From contig JBQCIB010000032.1 in assembly GCA_051954115.1 (NCBI GenBank), positions 4,872-68,871 on the forward strand: 64,000 nucleotides of DNA. Reading direction: 5' to 3'. Position numbers and translations under genes: made by a program. The DNA is from Solirubrobacterales bacterium (GTDB lineage Bacteria; Actinomycetota; Thermoleophilia; Solirubrobacterales; 70-9). Under the pieces are notes generated by a model, which was given only the letters and a program-made list of their open reading frames with translations, was not told where the DNA came from and searched no databases. Below are positions 59,678 to 64,000 of the stretch, piece after piece (the first letter of the stretch is position 1; the number at the start of each line of letters is the position of its first letter).

Positions 59678-62044
59678 ATGAGGAGAGCTTTCCCGCCGAT
59701 AACAATGGGGACGATGCTTCAGGGGCTACGCCTCAACCGCCTCTTTGGACGGGCGCTTCCCTTTGCGGCCGTGCTCCTTCTCTCGCTGCCCGCGGGTGCA
59801 GGCGCAGCGCTGCCTGCCGGGAAGGCCGACGGCGCGCTCTCGCCGCTGCTGAGCGAACTAGCCGAGCCAGCGGTGGCGAACAAGGGGCCGGCTGCGCAGG
59901 CGGAGGCGCTCGGGGTCACTGCCACCGGGCCCGCGAGCCTCGTCCGCGAAGGCGAGCGAGTGCTCGTGACCGCTCGCTTCGACGCCGGGGCGGTCGCCGC
60001 CCTCCCGGACCTCCGCGCTGCCGGGGCGCGGGTCGTCAGCGCCAGCCGCGACCAGCAGACGGTGACGCTGTCGGTGGTGCCCAGCGCCCTGCCGGGAATC
60101 GCCGCGGTGCCAGGTGTGCGCTCGGTCTGGCAGGCGCGCCAGCCTGTCGTCTACGGCGTCGGCGAAGGGTCCTGCGAAGGCGGCTCTGTCATCTCCGAGG
60201 GCCTCGGCCAGCTCAACGTCGACAAAGCGCGCGAAACCTTCGAACTGCGCGGCAAGGGGATCACGATCGGCGTGCTCTCCGATTCCTATGACATGGCGAG
60301 CAAAGCCGCCGACGGCAGTGGCCCCGTCGCCACCCATGCCCCCGAAGACGTCGCATCCAACGACCTCCCCGGCCTCGCCAGCAACTGCTCCGAACAGCAG
60401 TTCCCGGTCGACGTCCTTGCCGAGGGCAATGCGAAAGGCGCCGACGAGGGACGGGCGATGCTGCAGATCCTCCACGACCTCGCGCCGCACGCGAAGCTCG
60501 CCTTCGCCACCGCCTTCGAAAGCGAAGAATCGTTCGCGCAGAACATCGAACGGCTTGCCCGCCCGGTCTCCGAAGGCGGTGCCGGGGCCGACGTGATCGT
60601 CGACGACGTCGCCTGGTTCGAAGAGCCCTTCTTCCAGGACGGCCCGGTTGCGGCGGCGATCGACAAGGTCACCTCCGAAGGTGTCACCTACCTGACGGCG
60701 GCCGGCAACGACAACCTCTTCGACGGCAGCGGCCACGAAATCGCCTCCTGGGAAGCGCCGGCCTTCCGCGACTCCGGCGCCTGTCCGGAAGCCATCGCCC
60801 TGAAGCTCGTGCTCAACGGCAAACACTGCATGGATTTCGACCCGGAAGCAGGAACCGACAACACCTTCGGCATTACCGTCAAGGCCGGGGCCACGCTGGT
60901 TGTCGATCTGCAGTGGGCGGAACCCTGGGAAGGCGTCTCCACCGACTTGGACGCCTTCCTCCTCTCCGGCGGCAAGGTGTTGGCGGAATCGGCGGAAGAC
61001 AACGTCGGCCTGACGGGCACCCACCGGCCGGTGGAGATCGTCGCCTGGAGGAACGAAGCCACGACTGCGCGCACCGTGCAGTTGGCGATCAACCGCTTCT
61101 CCGGCGGCAACCCCCGCCTCAAGTTCATCCTGATGGAGAACGGCGGCGGAGTCAGCGCCACCGAGTACCCGAGCTCGAACGGCGGAGACGTCGTCGGGCC
61201 GACGATCTTCGGCCACGCGGGAGCCGCGAGCGCGATCTCGGTCGCGGCGGTTCCCTACTACAACAGCGCCAGCCCGGAGAGCTACTCCTCGCGGGGCCCG
61301 GTGATCCACCTGTTCGGGCCGGTCGCAGGGACGACCCCCGCCGCCTCGCTCGGCTCGCCGGAAGTGATCGCCAAGCCCGACGTCGCCGCCACCGACTGCG
61401 GCGCCACCACCTTCTTCGCCTTCCTCTCGGCCGGGAAGTGGCGTTTTTGCGGCACCTCGGCGGCGGCTCCGCATGCGGCCGCCGTCGCCGCCCTGCTGCG
61501 CCAGGCGAAACCGTCGCTGCCCTCTCAGAAGTTCCGCGAAGCCCTGGTCGAAACGGCTTCCCCCGTCGGCGCCTTCTCGGCCAACGCCGTCGGCGGCGGT
61601 CTGGTCAACGCCTTCGCGGCGCTCGAAAGCCTGCCGGGACCGCTTGCAGGAGACGACGGCCCCAGCACGCCCACCGCTCCCCTCGCCCCGCCGCCCAGCG
61701 GCAGCGCCACGGTGCCTGCCCCGGGTAGCCCGAGCGGCGCGCCCGCGGTGACGCCGGCCGTGACCGCTCCGTCCTCTCCGGAGACCACGATCCTCAGGCA
61801 CCCGCGCAAGCTGGTGCGCACCCGCAGCAACACCGCCCGCGTCGTCTTCGGCTTCGGCTCCGACCAGGCAGGGGCGACGTTCCTCTGCCGGATCGACAAG
61901 AGGGCCTTTCGCTCCTGCGGCAGCAGGCTTGCGCACCGTTTCGGGCTCGGCCGGCACGCGCTCGAAGTCAAAGCAGTCGATTCAGCCGGTCTCGCCGACC
62001 CGACTCCGGCTGTCTTCCGCTTCCGCCTCGAGCACGTCTCCTGA
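59678..62044 (+). CDS. Secreted subtilisin-like (S8) serine peptidase
   Basis: A signal-like LPFAAVLLLSLPAGAGA is followed by ITIGVLSDSYD (Asp), a His region, AAGNDN and GTSAAAPHAAAVAALL (Ser). The start (59678, 59705 or 59714) is uncertain. Confidence 0.8.
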   Translation: MRRAFPPITMGTMLQGLRLNRLFGRALPFAAVLLLSLPAGAGAALPAGKADGALSPLLSELAEPAVANKGPAAQAEALGVTATGPASLVREGERVLVTARFDAGAVAALPDLRAAGARVVSASRDQQTVTLSVVPSALPGIAAVPGVRSVWQARQPVVYGVGEGSCEGGSVISEGLGQLNVDKARETFELRGKGITIGVLSDSYDMASKAADGSGPVATHAPEDVASNDLPGLASNCSEQQFPVDVLAEGNAKGADEGRAMLQILHDLAPHAKLAFATAFESEESFAQNIERLARPVSEGGAGADVIVDDVAWFEEPFFQDGPVAAAIDKVTSEGVTYLTAAGNDNLFDGSGHEIASWEAPAFRDSGACPEAIALKLVLNGKHCMDFDPEAGTDNTFGITVKAGATLVVDLQWAEPWEGVSTDLDAFLLSGGKVLAESAEDNVGLTGTHRPVEIVAWRNEATTARTVQLAINRFSGGNPRLKFILMENGGGVSATEYPSSNGGDVVGPTIFGHAGAASAISVAAVPYYNSASPESYSSRGPVIHLFGPVAGTTPAASLGSPEVIAKPDVAATDCGATTFFAFLSAGKWRFCGTSAAAPHAAAVAALLRQAKPSLPSQKFREALVETASPVGAFSANAVGGGLVNAFAALESLPGPLAGDDGPSTPTAPLAPPPSGSATVPAPGSPSGAPAVTPAVTAPSSPETTILRHPRKLVRTRSNTARVVFGFGSDQAGATFLCRIDKRAFRSCGSRLAHRFGLGRHALEVKAVDSAGLADPTPAVFRFRLEHVS

Positions 62045-62734
62045 GAGCTTGGTAGGGCGGCGCGACTGGCGGCGGGCCGTCCAGTGGCCGATGCCGAGCA
62101 GGGCGAGCAAAGCCAGGGCGCTCGCCCACACCAGCGGGTCGGTCAGCGACAGGCCCTCGAGCCTGGTGCCGAAGTAGACGGCGATCGCGGTGATCGGCAG
62201 GTAGCCGACCGCCGTCGTCCAGACGAAGCGCCAGGCAGGGACCCGCGCCGCGCCTGCTGCGTAGGAGACGATGCTGAAGGGGAGAATCGGGATCAGCCGC
62301 ATTGCCAGCAGCAACGAGGGGCCGCCGCGCTCGATCGCCCGCTCGACCCGCTCGAAGCGCTCCTCGCCGAACCAGCGGTCGAGCAGGGGGCGGGCGACGT
62401 GGCGGCCGACCGCCCAGCAGATCAGCCCGGAGAGGACCCAGCCCGCCGTCATCAGCGCCAGCGCCGGGAAGAAGCCGTAGGCGAACCCGGCTGCCGCGTC
62501 GACGATCTCGGCCGGATAGAAGACGACCGCGTGGAGAAGGGTGAGGACGAGGATCAGCAGCGGGCCGGCGGCGCCGAGGCGGTCGATCTGGTGGCGGACC
62601 TCGCCGTTGTCGCCCCGGAGCGCCGCCGCAGTCGCTTCCCGCAGCGGCTCCACCGCCAGCACCAGCACCGCCAGCAGGACGATTCCGGCGAGCGTGATCG
62701 CGATCTCCAGCCACGGCAGGCGGTTCTTCTTCAC
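61982..62734 (-). CDS. TVP38/TMEM64 (DedA-related) membrane protein
   Basis: FYPAEIVDAAAGFAYGF..LAMRLIPILPFSIVSYAAGAARV. Confidence 0.8.
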   Translation of the reverse strand: MKKNRLPWLEIAITLAGIVLLAVLVLAVEPLREATAAALRGDNGEVRHQIDRLGAAGPLLILVLTLLHAVVFYPAEIVDAAAGFAYGFFPALALMTAGWVLSGLICWAVGRHVARPLLDRWFGEERFERVERAIERGGPSLLLAMRLIPILPFSIVSYAAGAARVPAWRFVWTTAVGYLPITAIAVYFGTRLEGLSLTDPLVWASALALLALLGIGHWTARRQSRRPTKLSGDVLEAEAEDSRSRVGETG

Positions 62735-62903
62735 CCGCCTAGGCTAGATGCAGCTCAGCCGCCCCGCCGGAGGCCGAGGGGAGCTCTGCTGGAAGACGTC
62801 TTACCGGTGAGCGAACGATCACCGAAACCCCTGCACATTGTTGGGTTTGGAGCACTAGCCTGTTCCGATCAGGCACTTTGACCAGTTCGAAAGGGAGGCA
62901 GTA

Positions 62904-63515
62904 GTGGCAGTTGAGACGGAGGCCTGGAAGAGCCAACTCGCGGAAGAACACGAGCCGCGCCATCACCACCTGCTGAAGGCGATGTCGCACCCGGTTCGCA
63001 TGGACTTGCTCAGCATCCTCAGCTACCGACACCTCAGCCCGGCGGAATTCGCCCGCGAACGGGGAGAACCCGTCTCCAAAGTGGCTCATCACTTCCGCAG
63101 CCTCGAGCGGCTCGGGTGCATCGAGGTGGTTCACACGCGGCCGGTCCGGGGGTCTACAGAGCACTTCTACCGCCGCTCCGAAACCATCGTGCTCCACGAC
63201 GATCTCCTGGAGGAGATGCCCGAGGAGGCAAACCGGCTCCTCCTCACCTCGATCATCCGGGACTTCTTTGCCCGGATCGCGAAGGCGATGAGGATCGGCA
63301 CCTTCACCGCCCGCAAGGACCTCCACTTCACCTGGAAACCGGTGAAGCTCGACGAGCAGGGCTGGAAGGAGGTGACCGAGATCCTCGGCTCCACCTATCA
63401 GGCGGTCGACGCCGCGGAAGAGCGGGCGTTGGAGCGGATGGAAGCGTCCGGTGAGGAGGGCTTCGTCGCCACCGTCGCGCTGGCCGCGTTCGAATCGCCG
63501 CCTGAGGACGACTAG
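62904..63515 (+). CDS. ArsR-type winged-helix transcriptional regulator
   Basis: LKAMSHPVRMDLLSILSYRHLSPAEFARERGEPVSKVAHHFRSLERLGCIEVV. AAGGGAGG precedes GTG 62904. Confidence 0.7.
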   Translation: MAVETEAWKSQLAEEHEPRHHHLLKAMSHPVRMDLLSILSYRHLSPAEFARERGEPVSKVAHHFRSLERLGCIEVVHTRPVRGSTEHFYRRSETIVLHDDLLEEMPEEANRLLLTSIIRDFFARIAKAMRIGTFTARKDLHFTWKPVKLDEQGWKEVTEILGSTYQAVDAAEERALERMEASGEEGFVATVALAAFESPPEDD

Positions 63516-64000
63516 CTGCGGAGCCGCTCGGCCAGGCCGGAGTGGCGGCCGCCGCTGTCGTCGCGATGGACGGCGCTGGCGAGCACGGCCTGGTCGCCGA
63601 CGAGGACGCAGCTGGTGCGGGCGCGGGTGATCGCGGTGTAGAGGAGCGGGCGGTTGAGCATCCGCGAGTGCGAGCGGTGGCAGACGCCGACGACCACCGG
63701 CACCTCGCAACCCTGGGCCTTGTGGACCGAGATCGCGTAGGCGAGGCGCAGCGTGCCGGTTTCGCCGTAAGGGATGACGAGGCTGCCGCCGTCGTCGGTG
63801 TCGACGACGATCTCTTCCTCGGCGGGGTCGTCGTCGCGGAGGAAGACGATCGAGCCGTTCATCAGCCCCAGCTCGTGCGAGTTGCGGGTCTGGATCAGCC
63901 GGTCGCCGATCCGGAAGCGATTGTCGAGGGCGGGCTTGCCGTCGGGGTTGAGCTCGGCCTGCAGCCGCTCGTTCAGCGCGTCGATCCCGACCGGCCCCCG
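63512..64000 (-). CDS. RecD2-like SF1 helicase, C-terminal part (5' end beyond the right window edge)
   Basis: The frame is open to the window edge: GIDALNERLQAELNP..FRIGDRLIQTRNSHELGLMNGSIVFL..AYAISVHKAQGCEVPVVV..LLYTAITRAR. Confidence 0.8.
   Translation of the reverse strand, partial: RGPVGIDALNERLQAELNPDGKPALDNRFRIGDRLIQTRNSHELGLMNGSIVFLRDDDPAEEEIVVDTDDGGSLVIPYGETGTLRLAYAISVHKAQGCEVPVVVGVCHRSHSRMLNRPLLYTAITRARTSCVLVGDQAVLASAVHRDDSGGRHSGLAERLRS

Overview
This is a high-G+C chromosomal segment. Gene content suggests Actinomycetota (HemQ, mIHF-like protein, YrbE/MlaE plus MMPL, Stf0, holin-X/DUF3618 trio), but no phylogenetic marker is present, so that is inference. Coding density is about 90%, with roughly 62 protein genes and no rRNA, tRNA or CRISPR array that I could find. 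Most genes are housekeeping: metH, typA, csp, bcp, an erpA/grx/bolA/fprA/hemQ cluster, an acyl-CoA dehydrogenase, an aldehyde dehydrogenase, a PAS-GAF-GGDEF-EAL protein, Ca2+ exchangers and MoxR-VWA.

Items worth a second look:
1. A 9-gene, translationally coupled operon joins two MlaE-type permeases and a MlaF ATPase directly to an MMPL/RND transporter, with no MCE-domain gene.
2. Three paralogous small tail-anchored coiled-coil proteins sit co-directionally inside three unrelated operons.
3. A 1.35-kb element bounded by perfect 19-bp inverted repeats carries a decayed IS1-like transposase and a cargo membrane protein. It sits 28 bp upstream of erpA.
4. A 50-nt conserved element occurs at two convergent gene junctions.
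5. A 35-bp palindrome is present twice, once in a divergent promoter region and once inside the MMPL gene.
6. Shared TTGAC..GTCAA palindromes lie upstream of a tetR operon and of a distant acyl-CoA dehydrogenase gene.
7. There are several low-G+C islets.

Many long ORFs in the track are antisense artefacts of G+C richness and were rejected. All family names come from motif recognition by eye, not from searches.
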